Of a stretch of DNA of 32,000 bases, positions 18,836-30,080 are shown in pieces. The notes under the pieces were generated by a model. It had not been told where the DNA came from. It saw only the letters and a program-made list of their open reading frames with translations, and searched no databases. The DNA comes from Methanothermus fervidus DSM 2088 (lineage in GTDB: Archaea > Methanobacteriota > Methanobacteria > DSM-2088 > Methanothermaceae). Positions within the stretch are counted from its first letter, which is position 1. The number at the start of each line of letters is the position of its first letter. The stretch covers positions 90,001-122,000 of the forward strand of contig CP002278.1 in the NCBI GenBank assembly GCA_000166095.1, written 5' to 3'. The translations under genes and the position numbers were made by a program.

Positions 18836-19506
18836 AAATAGAAGCAATAGCTGTAGATATTGATGGAACAATTACAGATACAAAACGTAGACTTTGTATA
18901 GATGCAATAAAGGCCCTTAGAGATGCAGAAAAACTAGGAATAAAAGTAACCCTTGTAACTGGAAATATTTTATGCTATGCATATGCTACATCTACATTAA
19001 TAGGATTATCAGGAGGTGTAGTAGCTGAAAATGGAGGAGTAATTTATGTCAACGATGAAGTAAATGTTCTTGGTGACATAAAAAAAGCTAAAAAAGCATA
19101 TAATTATTTAAAATCTATATACCCTGTTGAAAAAGTACAATTTTCTGAATTAAGGGTCTCAGAAATAGCTATAAAAAGAACAATTCCTGTCGAAATAATT
19201 AAGGATGCATTAAAAGATTTTGATGTTGAGGTATATGATACAAAATTTGCTATACATCTCACAGATCCCAAAGTTGATAAGGGATCATCCTTAAAAATTC
19301 TCACAAAAAAACTTGGTATAGATTTAGAAAAAACAATTGCAATCGGTGACAGTGAAAATGACTTAGAATTTTTAGATGTGGCAGGTGTTAAAGTGGCAGT
19401 AGCAAATGCAAATAAAGAACTTAAAGAAATTGCTGATTATGTGACTAAAAAACCATATGGTAGTGGCGTGGCCGAAGCCATAAAAAAATATGTGACTTTA
19501 TCTTAA
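18832..19506 (+). CDS. Archaeal phosphoglycolate phosphatase (HAD superfamily)
   Basis: AVDIDGTITDTKRRLC, VTGNILCYA and AIGDSENDLEFLDVAGVKVAVANA; ATGA overlap with hypD. Confidence 0.88.
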   Translation: MKIEAIAVDIDGTITDTKRRLCIDAIKALRDAEKLGIKVTLVTGNILCYAYATSTLIGLSGGVVAENGGVIYVNDEVNVLGDIKKAKKAYNYLKSIYPVEKVQFSELRVSEIAIKRTIPVEIIKDALKDFDVEVYDTKFAIHLTDPKVDKGSSLKILTKKLGIDLEKTIAIGDSENDLEFLDVAGVKVAVANANKELKEIADYVTKKPYGSGVAEAIKKYVTLS

Positions 19507-19529
19507 CTAACCATTTTTTAGGTGATATC

Positions 19530-20093
19530 ATGAGGATAGGTATATTAGCCCTTCAGGGTGATGTTTCTGAGCATTTTGAAATGACAAAGAAAGCTGTTAA
19601 AAATTTAAAAATTGATGCAGAGGTTGTAAAAGTCAAAACCAAAGAAGAAGTAGAATCTTGTGATGGATTAATTATACCTGGTGGAGAAAGTACTGTAATT
19701 GGTAAACTTATGGAAAAAACCAGTATAAAAGAGACAATATTAAAGAAAAAGATACCAGTAATGGGTACATGCGCAGGTATGATATTGCTGGCAAAGGAAA
19801 CAGATTACCCACAACCATTACTTGGTATAATAGATATGAAGGTTAAGAGAAATGCATTTGGTAGACAGAGAGAATCATTCGAGGAAAAAATAAAAATTTT
19901 AGGTAAAGAAATTACAGGAGTATTTATAAGAGCACCAATAGTTCTTGAAGTTGGACCTGATGTAGAAGTTTTATCAAAGCTTGATGATAAAATAATCGCT
20001 GTTAAACAAGGAAAAAATTTAGCATTAGCATTTCATCCAGAATTAGTTGATACATCAATTCATGAATATTTTATAAAAAATTTAATTAAGTGA
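19530..20093 (+). CDS. pdxT: Pyridoxal 5'-phosphate synthase glutaminase subunit
   Basis: IGILALQGDVSEHFEM, LIIPGGESTVIGKL, PVMGTCAGMILLA and ALAFHPEL. Confidence 0.96.
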   Translation: MRIGILALQGDVSEHFEMTKKAVKNLKIDAEVVKVKTKEEVESCDGLIIPGGESTVIGKLMEKTSIKETILKKKIPVMGTCAGMILLAKETDYPQPLLGIIDMKVKRNAFGRQRESFEEKIKILGKEITGVFIRAPIVLEVGPDVEVLSKLDDKIIAVKQGKNLALAFHPELVDTSIHEYFIKNLIK

Positions 20094-21035
20094 TTATTTT
20101 TTTACAATAAATTTTTTGAAATTATAAGGTTTAAATCCATATTTAGCAAGTATTGTTTTGTCTTTGTTATTTAAATTAGCTTTAGATATGTTAGGCAAAG
20201 GTTTTCCACTTTTAACAAATATTTTTCCACCTTTCATTTGAGCTCCTAAAAATTTGCCCGCATCTCCATTTATTATTAATATTCCATCTTTCATGTCTAT
20301 ACCAGAGAAATCTCCTGTGTTACCATCTATTATTACAGTTCCTCCACTTAGAAGAGCACCAGTATTTTTACCTGCATCTCCTTTAACAATGACCACACCT
20401 TTTTTCATCAATATTCCTGTTGATAAATCCACATCTCCTTTGTGTATTATTTCAGCTTCAACATCTAAACGTGCACCAATGGTATCTCTTATGCGTCCAT
20501 CATTTATTGTTAATCTATTTCCTTTTAATTCAGCGCCTATAAGTTCATCTTCACCTAATCCATTTGTTACAATATCTGTAATTGATCTAAATTTTTTATA
20601 ACCTTTCATATCAGATTTAACTTCAACAAGGTTTCCAATAGGCTCTTTAACTTTTCCTTTTACATAAATAGATCCTCTTAGCATGCTTATTCCCATTCTG
20701 GTATCTACATTTCCATCAACTATTACATTGCCAACATCGATAGCTCCCCCTGTTCCACCAAAATATTTGAGATCAACGCCCATACTAGAACATAATCTAT
20801 GCCCAACATCTCCAATAATTTTAACATCGTTTCCTTTTTTTAGGTGCTCCACAACATCTTTATATCTATACTCTGTTCCAGGAATAGTGTCCTCTGGTTT
20901 AAGATACTTACCTTTATGTTGCCAATAAAAATTATATGTAAAGTCTGCAATACAGTCAACAGGTTCCTCAAGTTCCAATTCTAAAATTTCCTTTTTTCTT
21001 TTTTTCCTTTTAAAAATTTTAAACAATATAATCAC
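20094..21035 (-). CDS. Glutamate synthase alpha subunit C-terminal (GXGXG repeat) domain protein
   Basis: Repeated G-x-x-x-G units: GDVGHRLCSSMGVDLKYFGGTGGAIDVGNVIVDGNVDTRMGISMLRG...GDAGKNTGALLSGGTVIIDGNTGDFSGIDMKDG. Confidence 0.8.
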   Translation of the reverse strand: MIILFKIFKRKKRKKEILELELEEPVDCIADFTYNFYWQHKGKYLKPEDTIPGTEYRYKDVVEHLKKGNDVKIIGDVGHRLCSSMGVDLKYFGGTGGAIDVGNVIVDGNVDTRMGISMLRGSIYVKGKVKEPIGNLVEVKSDMKGYKKFRSITDIVTNGLGEDELIGAELKGNRLTINDGRIRDTIGARLDVEAEIIHKGDVDLSTGILMKKGVVIVKGDAGKNTGALLSGGTVIIDGNTGDFSGIDMKDGILIINGDAGKFLGAQMKGGKIFVKSGKPLPNISKANLNNKDKTILAKYGFKPYNFKKFIVKK

Positions 21036-21048
21036 CTTCTTTTAGAAT

Positions 21049-21109
21049 GTAGTCAGATAATTTGAAATCATCATTCGATAATCAGTGGTTGGTTGCATCA
21101 TCATCCTAC
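21049..21109 (-). ncRNA. Candidate C/D box sRNA 4
   Basis: Minus strand: GTAG-G-ATGATGA(21104-21098)-TGCAACCAACCA-CTGA(21085-21082)-TTATCGA-ATGATGA(21074-21068)-TTTCAAATTAT-CTGA(21056-21053)-CTAC. Guides are 12 and 11 nt with a GTAG/CTAC terminal stem. Confidence 0.8.
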
Positions 21110-21267
21110 TTTTCTTCCTTTAATTTTTTCGCATAAGACTTTATTGCAATTTTTATTATTTCTGAATAGGTTAATTTAAGACCAGATTTTTCATAATAAA
21201 ATTTTTTAATTTCATTTAAAGCTTTTATATCTTCATTATTAAATTTACAAACAACTTTCTTTTTCAT
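21106..21267 (-). CDS. Small (53 aa) ribbon-helix-helix-like protein
   Basis: Hand translation: MKKKVVCKFNNEDIKALNEIKKFYYEKSGLKLTYSEIIKIAIKSYAKKLKEEK. Beta-helix-helix-like pattern; below the size cutoff of the ORF track. Confidence 0.6.
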   Translation of the reverse strand: MKKKVVCKFNNEDIKALNEIKKFYYEKSGLKLTYSEIIKIAIKSYAKKLKEEK

Positions 21268-21362
21268 ACTTTAAATTTACTTTTTTAAATACAAAAAATA
21301 TTTTAATTTTTTTATCTTTAACATAGTAAACAACATTAAATTTTTGATTAATTTAGACTATT

Positions 21363-22088
21363 TTGGAGATCACTATGAAAATACTTCCTAAAGTTGAAAT
21401 AGTTGATCTCAGTTTAAAAATTGATGATTACATAGTAATAGCAGATTTACATTTGGGATATGAGGAATATTTGCGTAATACTGGGATGTTTATACCTAAC
21501 TTCCAAATAGATTTAATAATCGACAGGATAGAAAGAATAAGAAAAATCACAAAATCAAAAAAACTTATCATAAACGGTGATTTGAAACATGAATTTGGAA
21601 AGTTAAGTTTTCAAGAATCAACAGAATTAGAAAATTTTCTAAAATATGCAAAAGATAAATTTAAGAAAATTGTTTTGGTTAAAGGAAATCATGACCCATT
21701 ACTTCCGTATTTAAATATAGACCTGAAGATTGTTGATAGTATAAAAATAAAAGATTACCTTATAGTTCATGGCCATGAAATACCAGAAAAATTAGCACCA
21801 AATATTATAATAGGACATGAACATCCATGTATAGGTCTCAGACATGGAGGAAGAGTAGAGAAAGTTAAATGTTTTCTTAAATGCAAATTTAAAAATAGGA
21901 ATCTCATTGTAATGCCTTCATTTAATTTTGTTACAGAAGGATCTGATATTCTCCAAAGTAATTTTTTATCACCATTTCTCAAAAAAATTGATGTAGATGA
22001 ATGCAATGTTTATGTTGTTGAAGATTTTGAAGTATTTGAATTTGGTAAAGTTAAAGATATAATAAAATTACAGGCAGATGAACTATGA
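21363..22088 (+). CDS. Calcineurin-like metallophosphoesterase associated with Lhr helicase
   Basis: [42 protein letters not shown] and IIGHEHPCI. Confidence 0.9.
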   Translation: MEITMKILPKVEIVDLSLKIDDYIVIADLHLGYEEYLRNTGMFIPNFQIDLIIDRIERIRKITKSKKLIINGDLKHEFGKLSFQESTELENFLKYAKDKFKKIVLVKGNHDPLLPYLNIDLKIVDSIKIKDYLIVHGHEIPEKLAPNIIIGHEHPCIGLRHGGRVEKVKCFLKCKFKNRNLIVMPSFNFVTEGSDILQSNFLSPFLKKIDVDECNVYVVEDFEVFEFGKVKDIIKLQADEL

Positions 22089-24685
22089 TTGTGAAACAAG
22101 AAAGAAAATATTCAGATGCAGAAATTCATAATATACTGCACCCTTGGGTAAGTAAGTGGTTTAAAAAAACATTTAAAACATTTACACAGTCACAAAGATT
22201 AGCTGTACCAGAAATCCATAAGGGAAAAAATGTTTTAGTTTCTTCACCCACAGGATCTGGAAAAACTTTAACTGCATTTTTATCTGTAATAAGTGAATTA
22301 TGTAGGTTATCAGAGCGTGGAAAGTTAAAAGATAAGGTATATTGTATATATATTTCTCCATTGAGAGCTTTAGACAATGATATAGAAAAAAATCTTGAAA
22401 AACCTTTAGAAGAAATTAAAAAAATTGCTAAAAAAGATAATCATGATTTAAATATAAGAAAAGCTGTACGTACTGGTGATACACCACAATCTAAACGGTC
22501 AGCAATGCTTAGAAATCCTCCACATATTTTAATAACTACTCCTGAAACCCTGGCAATATTACTTACAGCTCCTAAATTTCGAAATAAACTTTCTGAAGTT
22601 AAATGGGTTATAGTGGATGAAATACATGCTTTAGCTGAAAATAAAAGAGGAGTACATTTATCTCTTTCTTTAGAAAGACTTCAACAAATAGCAGGGAATT
22701 TCACACGTATAGGATTATCAGCCACTGTGAATCCTTTAAAAGAAATTGCTAAGTTTTTAGTTGGTTATGAAGGTGAAAGATCTAGAGATTGTGTAATCGT
22801 GGATGTGGATTATAGAAAAAAATTAGATATTGAAGTTATATCACCAGTTAAAGACATCGTTGCTGCAGACCCTGAAGAAGTGAACAAATCTCTCTATGAA
22901 AAGCTTGATGAATTGATAAGTCAACATAAAACTACTTTAATCTTTACAAATACAAGAAGTGGAACTGAGGCTATAGTATATAATTTGAAAAAAAGATTTC
23001 CAGAAAAATATTCCGATGAAAATATAATGGCTCACCATTCTTCCCTTTCTAGAGAAGTTAGGCATAAAGTTGAAGAAAAACTTAAGAATGGTGAATTAAA
23101 AGCTGTAGTTTCATCTACATCCCTTGAATTAGGTATTGATATAGGTTACATTGATCTTGTTATTTTAGTCACTTCTCCAAAATCTGTGTCACGTGCACTT
23201 CAAAGGATAGGAAGAAGTGGACATAAGTTACATGAAAAATCTAAAGGCAGAATACTTGTTGTAGATAGGGATGATTTAGTTGAATGTTCATTATTGCTTA
23301 AGAATGCGTTAGAAGGTAAAATTGATAAAATACACATACCTAAAAATTGTCTTGACGTATTAGCTCAGCATATTTATGGTATGGCCATTGAGCATCCATG
23401 GGATATTGATCATGCATTTCATGTAATAAAAAATAGTTATTGTTACAGAAATTTAAGTAAAAAAGATTATATGCGTGTTTTAAAATATTTAGCAGGGGAG
23501 TATTCTGATCTAGAACAAAAAGATGTATATGCAAAAATCTGGTTAAATTATGAAGAAAACAGATTTGGTAGGCGTGGAAAATTAGCAAGAATGTTATATT
23601 CTACAAATGTTGGAACAATTCCTGATACTAGTTCTGTAGTTGTTAAATGTAAAGGAAAAATTGTTGGACGTATTGAAGAAGAATTTATGGAAAGGTTACA
23701 TAAAGGTGACACTTTTGTACTTGGAGGAAAAGTTTACAGATTCAATTATGCAAGAGGAATGACTGTTAATGTAACTCCTGCTGATGCTTTACCCACAATA
23801 CCTTCATGGTTTTCAGAACAACTACCATTGTCTTTTGATTTAGCAATGAAAATTCAATATTTCAGGGCAATGATGGAAACAAAATTTAGGATGGGAAAAA
23901 GTAAAGATGAAATCTTAAATTTCATACAAAAATTTCTATATGTAGATAAAAATGCTGCATATTCAATATATCGCTATTTCCAAGAACAATATCTTTATGC
24001 AGAAATTCCGCATGCAAAAAAATTATTAATAGAATATTATGAAGGTTTTGGTGGTAAAAAATTTGTAATATTCCATAGTTTATTTGGTAGACGTGTTAAT
24101 GAAGCTTTATCGAGGGCAATTGCGTATTTAGTATCAAAAGAATATAAAAAGGATGTAGCAATGTCTATATTAGACAACGGATTTTATTTACGCTCAGATG
24201 GTAAATTAAGGGTTATGAAGGCTCTCAAAAAATTAAAACCAAGTAATTTTAGAGATATATTATTGAAAGCTATTGACAAAACTGAAATATTGGTAAATCG
24301 TTTTAGACATTGTGCTGGGCGATCATTGATGATATTAAGAAGATACAAAGGTAGGGAAAAATCAGTTGGTAGACAACAAGTCAAAAGTAGGATATTGTTG
24401 AAATTTATTAAAAGATTAGACCCCGATTTTCCAATTTTAAAAGAAGCAAAAAGAGAAGTCATAGAAGATTATATGGATGTTAAAAATGCAACAAAAGTTG
24501 TTAAATGGATAAATAATGGTGATATACAAATAAAAGAAATAAATACCAAAATACCATCTCCATTTGCCTTTAACATTGTTGCACAAAGTTATTTAGATGT
24601 ACTAAAATATGATGAAAGAAGAGAATTTATAAAAAGAATGCATCAAGCAATCGTAGAAAAAATTAAATCGAATCAAGATCTTTAA
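22085..24685 (+). CDS. lhr: Lhr-like (large helicase-related) ATP-dependent helicase
   Basis: [72 protein letters not shown] and QRIGRSGH. Confidence 0.95.
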   Translation: MIVKQERKYSDAEIHNILHPWVSKWFKKTFKTFTQSQRLAVPEIHKGKNVLVSSPTGSGKTLTAFLSVISELCRLSERGKLKDKVYCIYISPLRALDNDIEKNLEKPLEEIKKIAKKDNHDLNIRKAVRTGDTPQSKRSAMLRNPPHILITTPETLAILLTAPKFRNKLSEVKWVIVDEIHALAENKRGVHLSLSLERLQQIAGNFTRIGLSATVNPLKEIAKFLVGYEGERSRDCVIVDVDYRKKLDIEVISPVKDIVAADPEEVNKSLYEKLDELISQHKTTLIFTNTRSGTEAIVYNLKKRFPEKYSDENIMAHHSSLSREVRHKVEEKLKNGELKAVVSSTSLELGIDIGYIDLVILVTSPKSVSRALQRIGRSGHKLHEKSKGRILVVDRDDLVECSLLLKNALEGKIDKIHIPKNCLDVLAQHIYGMAIEHPWDIDHAFHVIKNSYCYRNLSKKDYMRVLKYLAGEYSDLEQKDVYAKIWLNYEENRFGRRGKLARMLYSTNVGTIPDTSSVVVKCKGKIVGRIEEEFMERLHKGDTFVLGGKVYRFNYARGMTVNVTPADALPTIPSWFSEQLPLSFDLAMKIQYFRAMMETKFRMGKSKDEILNFIQKFLYVDKNAAYSIYRYFQEQYLYAEIPHAKKLLIEYYEGFGGKKFVIFHSLFGRRVNEALSRAIAYLVSKEYKKDVAMSILDNGFYLRSDGKLRVMKALKKLKPSNFRDILLKAIDKTEILVNRFRHCAGRSLMILRRYKGREKSVGRQQVKSRILLKFIKRLDPDFPILKEAKREVIEDYMDVKNATKVVKWINNGDIQIKEINTKIPSPFAFNIVAQSYLDVLKYDERREFIKRMHQAIVEKIKSNQDL

Positions 24686-25040
24686 AGTATGGTTTTATGT
24701 CTATTATTGGTGATCCATTTAATGCATCTAACCATTTAACAATTAGTTTATTTCCCTCCACTTTTTCTAATTTAACTAAACACATGCCAATTGGATTTGG
24801 TCTGTCTGGAGACCTTGTTGCAAACACTCCTCCTCTTTTAACCACCAAAACATCTCTATTTCCTCTATCCATCCAATAAAGCACGATAAGGTATTTATAT
24901 TTTTCGATGCCTTTTAATCCATCCCTATATTTTTTAAATATTTTTATAATGCTTTTATTTTCACTACGTCTCCCTTGTCTTGGGGCTTCTTTTCTTTTAT
25001 TATATTGAGATTTTACGATGCCTATCGGATATAATTCCAT
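24663..25040 (-). CDS. trmO: TrmO/TsaA-like (VirR/YaeB family) tRNA methyltransferase
   Basis: [70 protein letters not shown]. Confidence 0.88.
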   Translation of the reverse strand: MELYPIGIVKSQYNKRKEAPRQGRRSENKSIIKIFKKYRDGLKGIEKYKYLIVLYWMDRGNRDVLVVKRGGVFATRSPDRPNPIGMCLVKLEKVEGNKLIVKWLDALNGSPIIDIKPYFKDLDSI

Positions 25041-25070
25041 ACTTTTATATTTTTCTTTTTTACAAATAAT

Positions 25071-26456
25071 ATGTTTATGAAAACCGATGTTGTAATAATT
25101 GGTGCAGGTCCTGCAGGACTTCTTGCAGCTAATGAATTAAGTGATTATTTTAATGTAATTGTCATTGATAAAGGAAAAGACATTGATAAAAGGGTTTGTT
25201 TAGCATTAAAAGATGGTAAATGTAGAAGATGTTCACCATGCAATATAATGAGTGGCATGGGTGGTGCTGGAGGACTATCTGATGGAAAACTAAATTTAGA
25301 TCCTAATATTGGTGGAAATTTGACAGAATTTGTATCAAAAAAAGAGGCTATGGAACTCATAAGAGAAGTGGATGAATTTTTTGTAAAGCATGGTGCTCCA
25401 AAAAAATTATATATCCCCAATGAAGATAAAGCTTTAGAAATTTCAAAAAAAGCTGCAGCTCATGGAATAAAATTTATACCTATTGTACAAAGACATATAG
25501 GGTCTGATAGGACACAAAAAGTCATTAAATCTATTAAAAATGACTTAGAAAGTAGAGGAGTAAAATTTATTTTAGAAACCGAAGTGTTAAAAATTATTTG
25601 TGATAAAAATAAAGTTAAAGGTGTATTAGTAAGAAAAGGAAATAAAAAGTTTGAGATAGAATGTAAGTATTTAATAGCAGCTCCTGGTAGAGGTGGCATG
25701 AGATGGTTTTCAAAAGAATTAAAAAATCTAGGAATACCTGTTAAGCATAATCCTGTTGATATAGGTGTTAGGGTCGAAGTACCACATATCGTTATGGATC
25801 CTGTAACTTCAGTTACTTGGGATCCAAAATTTCATATAATAACAAAAACTTATGATGATTTTGTAAGAACTTTTTGTGTATGCAATAGAGGTTTTGTGGT
25901 AGAAGAAGTTTATGATAATTTTATAGGTGTAAATGGACATTCAATGCAGCATAAAAAATCTGAGAACACTAATTTTGCATTTTTAGTGAATGTTAAACTT
26001 ACAGAACCTATAGAGAATACATCAGCTTATGCATCTTCAATAGCAAGAACTTCAACTACTCTCGGTGGAGGAAAACCTCTTATACAAAGATTGGGTGATC
26101 TGAGAAAAGGCAGAAGGTCTACATGGAAAAGAATAAAAAGGAGTAATGTAAATCCTACTTTGAAACATGTAACACCTGGAGATATAGCCATGGCATATCC
26201 ATATAGGATAATCAAAAATATAATAGAAGGATTAGAAATGCTTGACAATGTTGTTCCAGGCGTGGCATCTGATTCAACATTACTTTATGCACCTGAAATT
26301 AAATTATATGCAATGAGAGTCATGACTGATTCTAAAATGAGAACAAAAATAGAAGGATTATATGCCGTGGGAGATGGTGCTGGAGTATCTAGAGGCATAG
26401 TTGGAGCTGCAGTAACTGGAATAATAGCTGCAAGGTCAATAATAGCTGAAACATGA
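25071..26456 (+). CDS. NAD(P)/FAD-dependent oxidoreductase of the FAD-dependent dehydrogenase family
   Basis: VVIIGAGPAGLLAANELS, CRRCSPCNIMSGMGGAGGLSDGKLNLDPNIGG and GLYAVGDGAGVSRGIVGAAVTGI. Confidence 0.8.
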   Translation: MFMKTDVVIIGAGPAGLLAANELSDYFNVIVIDKGKDIDKRVCLALKDGKCRRCSPCNIMSGMGGAGGLSDGKLNLDPNIGGNLTEFVSKKEAMELIREVDEFFVKHGAPKKLYIPNEDKALEISKKAAAHGIKFIPIVQRHIGSDRTQKVIKSIKNDLESRGVKFILETEVLKIICDKNKVKGVLVRKGNKKFEIECKYLIAAPGRGGMRWFSKELKNLGIPVKHNPVDIGVRVEVPHIVMDPVTSVTWDPKFHIITKTYDDFVRTFCVCNRGFVVEEVYDNFIGVNGHSMQHKKSENTNFAFLVNVKLTEPIENTSAYASSIARTSTTLGGGKPLIQRLGDLRKGRRSTWKRIKRSNVNPTLKHVTPGDIAMAYPYRIIKNIIEGLEMLDNVVPGVASDSTLLYAPEIKLYAMRVMTDSKMRTKIEGLYAVGDGAGVSRGIVGAAVTGIIAARSIIAET

Positions 26457-26475
26457 AAGTTAAATTTTTGGAGGA

Positions 26476-27006
26476 TTGGTAATGCCACCTCTTGACAAAA
26501 TATCTAGTTTAAAGGAATATATTCCAATTAAGAGGAAAAAGAAAAAAGAAGGAGCAGGAAACATTGGATTACTGGTCGATGGTCCTAACATGCTTAGAAA
26601 AGAATTTAAGTTGAACTTAGAGCAAGTTAAAGAAATTTTATCTGAGTATGGTAATTTAAAGGTTGGGAAAGTTCTTTTAAATCAATATGCTTCCGATAAA
26701 CTAATTGAGGCAATTTCAAACCAAGGTTTTTCACCTATAGTTGTTGCTGGAGATACTGATGTTTATATGGCCATTGAGGCCATGGAATTAATATATAATC
26801 CTAACATAGATATTATCGCATTAATGACACGTGATGCTGATTTTCTACCCATAATAAACAAGGCAAAAGAAAATGGGAAAGAAACTATAGTAATTGGTGC
26901 TGAACCAGGCTTTAGCGTTGCTTTAAAAAATGCAGCAGACCATACTATTATATTAAGAAGTAAAAAAGAAGGAAATGAAGATGAGGATAGTAAAAACTCA
27001 GGTTGA
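26476..27006 (+). CDS. NYN/PIN-like domain protein (likely ATG start at 26482)
   Basis: [16 protein letters not shown]...[18 protein letters not shown]...[29 protein letters not shown]; conserved acidic residues of NYN ribonucleases. Confidence 0.82.
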   Translation: MVMPPLDKISSLKEYIPIKRKKKKEGAGNIGLLVDGPNMLRKEFKLNLEQVKEILSEYGNLKVGKVLLNQYASDKLIEAISNQGFSPIVVAGDTDVYMAIEAMELIYNPNIDIIALMTRDADFLPIINKAKENGKETIVIGAEPGFSVALKNAADHTIILRSKKEGNEDEDSKNSG

Positions 27007-28132
27007 TGAAACCAAAAAAAGAGAAAATGCACTTAGAATCATCAGATCAATGATCAAAAAGAAAGGTAGAGAATCTCTTTTTGACTTAACAGGATTATCA
27101 GGCGGATATCCAATTAAAGAAGAAGATATAAAAATTTTGGAGACATATGTAGGACCTGCAATTTTTGAAGAAAAATTACAAGAACTTGGTAAAAAGCACT
27201 TGGGTGGAGAAAAAGTTTTAGCTTTTAACAGGACCACTAGCGGTATATTAGCAACGATATTAACTTTTGCAAAGGTTGGAACATATGTTGTTCATTACTT
27301 ACCCAAGCCACCATCTCATCCATCAATACCAAAAAGCGTTAAATTAGCTGGAGCAAAATACTTAGAATATTATGATGTAAAAGATTTTCCAGATAATACG
27401 TCTTTGATTATTATAACTGGAGCTACTATGGATTTAGATGTAATGCCAACTGAAAATTTTGAAAAAATTGTTAAAATGTCTGGAGATATACCTGTGTTTG
27501 TTGACGATGCTTCTGGAGCTAGAGTGAGAACAGTATTGTATGGACAACCAACTGCAATTGAATTAGGAGCTGATTTAGTTATAACAAGCACTGATAAATT
27601 AATGAATGGCCCTCGTGGAGGTTTAATGTCAGGTAAAAAAGAATTAATCAATAAAATTAAATCTACTGCCCATCAGTTAGGTTTAGAAGCACAACCACCA
27701 TTAATGGCAGGAATGGTAAGGGCTTTAGAAGAATTTAATCCAAATTTATTAAAAAAATCAATTAAAAGAAAAAGAAAACTTAGGAAATTGCTTGAAAAAG
27801 ACTTTGAGGGAGTTGAAGAAACACCCACTGGTATAAAAATCGAACCTGAATATTTAAAACAAAAAATAAAGACTGACTTAAGTTCAAAGGATTTGGCATT
27901 TTTATTTTCAATGATTTTACTTCGTTCAGGTATTATAACAATCCCTGCAGTAGGAATGCCAGGTGCATCTACTACAATAAGATTAGATTTATCATCAAAG
28001 GATGCAGAGAGAATTAAGTTAGAAGAACTCAAGACGATCTTTTTAGATGCCTTTTCAAAATTGAAAGATATTGTCAAGTCACCTGAAAGATGCAAAGAAA
28101 TAATTTACGGTGCCAAAAATGATCAAAATTGA
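26975..28132 (+). CDS. SelA-like PLP-dependent enzyme of unknown substrate (TIGR03576-type)
   Basis: [38 protein letters not shown]...[47 protein letters not shown], with candidate PLP lysine in [10 protein letters not shown]. Confidence 0.8.
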   Translation: MKMRIVKTQVDETKKRENALRIIRSMIKKKGRESLFDLTGLSGGYPIKEEDIKILETYVGPAIFEEKLQELGKKHLGGEKVLAFNRTTSGILATILTFAKVGTYVVHYLPKPPSHPSIPKSVKLAGAKYLEYYDVKDFPDNTSLIIITGATMDLDVMPTENFEKIVKMSGDIPVFVDDASGARVRTVLYGQPTAIELGADLVITSTDKLMNGPRGGLMSGKKELINKIKSTAHQLGLEAQPPLMAGMVRALEEFNPNLLKKSIKRKRKLRKLLEKDFEGVEETPTGIKIEPEYLKQKIKTDLSSKDLAFLFSMILLRSGIITIPAVGMPGASTTIRLDLSSKDAERIKLEELKTIFLDAFSKLKDIVKSPERCKEIIYGAKNDQN

Positions 28133-29132
28133 TGGATCATATGGCGAAGGTGGCGGTGCATTAGTAAGGGTAGCAACAGCATTATCAGCATTAACAAAAA
28201 AAACAATAAGAATAGACAATATTAGGGCAAATCGTCCAAGAAAAGGTTTATCACACCAACATTTGAATGCAATCGAAGCTGTTTCAAAATTATGTAATGC
28301 AGAAGTTGATGGACTAAAATTAGGATCAACCACAATTATTTTTTCTCCAAAAGAATTAGAAGGAGGATCTTTAAATGTTAATATTGGAACGGCTGGAAGC
28401 ATTGGGTTAGTATTACAAGCTTTGATGATTCCTGCAGCATTTTCAGAATCAAAAACTAAGATAACCATCACTGGGGGAACTGATGTAAAATGGGCCCCCC
28501 CTATAGATTACATTTCTAATGTTACATTACCTATATTGAAAAAAATGGGTTACAAAGGAAAAATATCTCTTTTAAGGAGAGGATATTATCCTAAAGGTGG
28601 AGGAAAGGTTATAGCAGAAATTAAACCTATAAAAAAATTAAAGCCATTAAAACTTATAGAAAGTGAAATAGAATCTATAGAAGGAATATCTTATGCTAGT
28701 AACCTTCCAAAACATGTTGCAGATAGACAAGCAAAGTCTGCTTATAATATACTCAAAAAAACTGGTTTAGATATAGATATAGATGTAAGGCATGATAATG
28801 AATCTTTGTCTCCAGGTTCAGGCATTGTTTTATGGGCAAAAGGAAACACAAGGATTGGTAGTAGTTCATTAGGAGAAAGAGGTAAAAGAGCTGAAATAGT
28901 TGGCAAAGAAGCTGCTAAAGAATTATTGAATTTTTTAAATTCTGGGGCTCCTCTAGATAAATATATGGGTGATCAAATAATACCTTATATTTCACTAACA
29001 GAAAATTCCAAGGTCAGGACTGCTGAATTTACATTACATGCACACACAAATGTTTACGTTGTTAAAAAAATTCTTGGAAAGGAGTTAAAAATAGAAAATG
29101 GTTTAGGAAAAATTACTACAATTTCAACTTAA
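28110..29132 (+). CDS. rtcA: RNA 3'-terminal phosphate cyclase
   Basis: [49 protein letters not shown] and HLQ/HTHT-region residues (EFTLHAHTNVY). Confidence 0.95.
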   Translation: MPKMIKIDGSYGEGGGALVRVATALSALTKKTIRIDNIRANRPRKGLSHQHLNAIEAVSKLCNAEVDGLKLGSTTIIFSPKELEGGSLNVNIGTAGSIGLVLQALMIPAAFSESKTKITITGGTDVKWAPPIDYISNVTLPILKKMGYKGKISLLRRGYYPKGGGKVIAEIKPIKKLKPLKLIESEIESIEGISYASNLPKHVADRQAKSAYNILKKTGLDIDIDVRHDNESLSPGSGIVLWAKGNTRIGSSSLGERGKRAEIVGKEAAKELLNFLNSGAPLDKYMGDQIIPYISLTENSKVRTAEFTLHAHTNVYVVKKILGKELKIENGLGKITTIST

Positions 29133-30080
29133 GTGTATACATGCACCAGAAAAAATTTTTTTAAGTCTTCCATCATCTAGTTCTAAAATTAAAGCACCAT
29201 CTTTTGTTACACCAACAGCTTCTCCTCTTATTCTCTTACCAAATTTTTTCCTGATTTCTACGTAACTTCCTATTGTTTTAGATAAGGCTCTCCATTCCTT
29301 AAGTATTTCTTGAAATTTTCCAGCTTTGAATTTTTCATATACTTTTTCAAATTCATATAAAAACTCACATAAAACATCTACTAAAGGTACTTCTTTACCT
29401 AATTCTTCTTTTATAGATGTTGCACCTTCTTGAAGTTCTATAGGGAAAGAATTTATATCTACATTTATGTCTATTCCAACTCCTACAATGACATATTCAA
29501 GAGATTCATTTCTAGAATATGATTCTGTTAATATGCCACAAACTTTTTTATTACCTATCAACACGTCGTTTGGCCATTTGATTCCAACATCTAAATTTTT
29601 AAATAATTTTTTCAAAGTTTTGGCAACCGCAACTGCAGTCATTAAAGTTATTTGTGGAGCATTGACAGCTGGAATGTCTGGTTTTAATATTATCGATGTC
29701 CAAATTCCTCCTTTGGGAGATATCCATTCTTTGTTTTCTCTTCCTCTTCCTCTGGTTTGGACCTGAGCTAGTACTATTGTGCCTTCTTCTTCACCTTTCT
29801 CAGCTAATTTTTTTGCTGTGAGGTTTGTTGAATCAACTATGTCAAAATAATAAATATTTCTTCCAATGTAATTTGTTTTTAATTTAGATTTTATCAATGA
29901 TGGTAAAAGTAAATTATGAGAATTTTTAAGTTTATATTTATCTTTATGTATTTTTAAATAATTTTTTAATTTTTCTATGATTTTGTCAAATTCTTTTTCA
30001 TCTATGCCTAATTCAGAAACTATGTCTTTCTTTGAAACTTCTTTTTTTTCATATAAAAAATTTAAAACCTTTTCTTTCAT
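29124..30080 (-). CDS. birA: Bifunctional biotin operon repressor-like / biotin-[acetyl-CoA carboxylase] ligase
   Basis: N-terminal HTH; [54 protein letters not shown]; [18 protein letters not shown]. Confidence 0.95.
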   Translation of the reverse strand: MKEKVLNFLYEKKEVSKKDIVSELGIDEKEFDKIIEKLKNYLKIHKDKYKLKNSHNLLLPSLIKSKLKTNYIGRNIYYFDIVDSTNLTAKKLAEKGEEEGTIVLAQVQTRGRGRENKEWISPKGGIWTSIILKPDIPAVNAPQITLMTAVAVAKTLKKLFKNLDVGIKWPNDVLIGNKKVCGILTESYSRNESLEYVIVGVGIDINVDINSFPIELQEGATSIKEELGKEVPLVDVLCEFLYEFEKVYEKFKAGKFQEILKEWRALSKTIGSYVEIRKKFGKRIRGEAVGVTKDGALILELDDGRLKKIFSGACIHLS

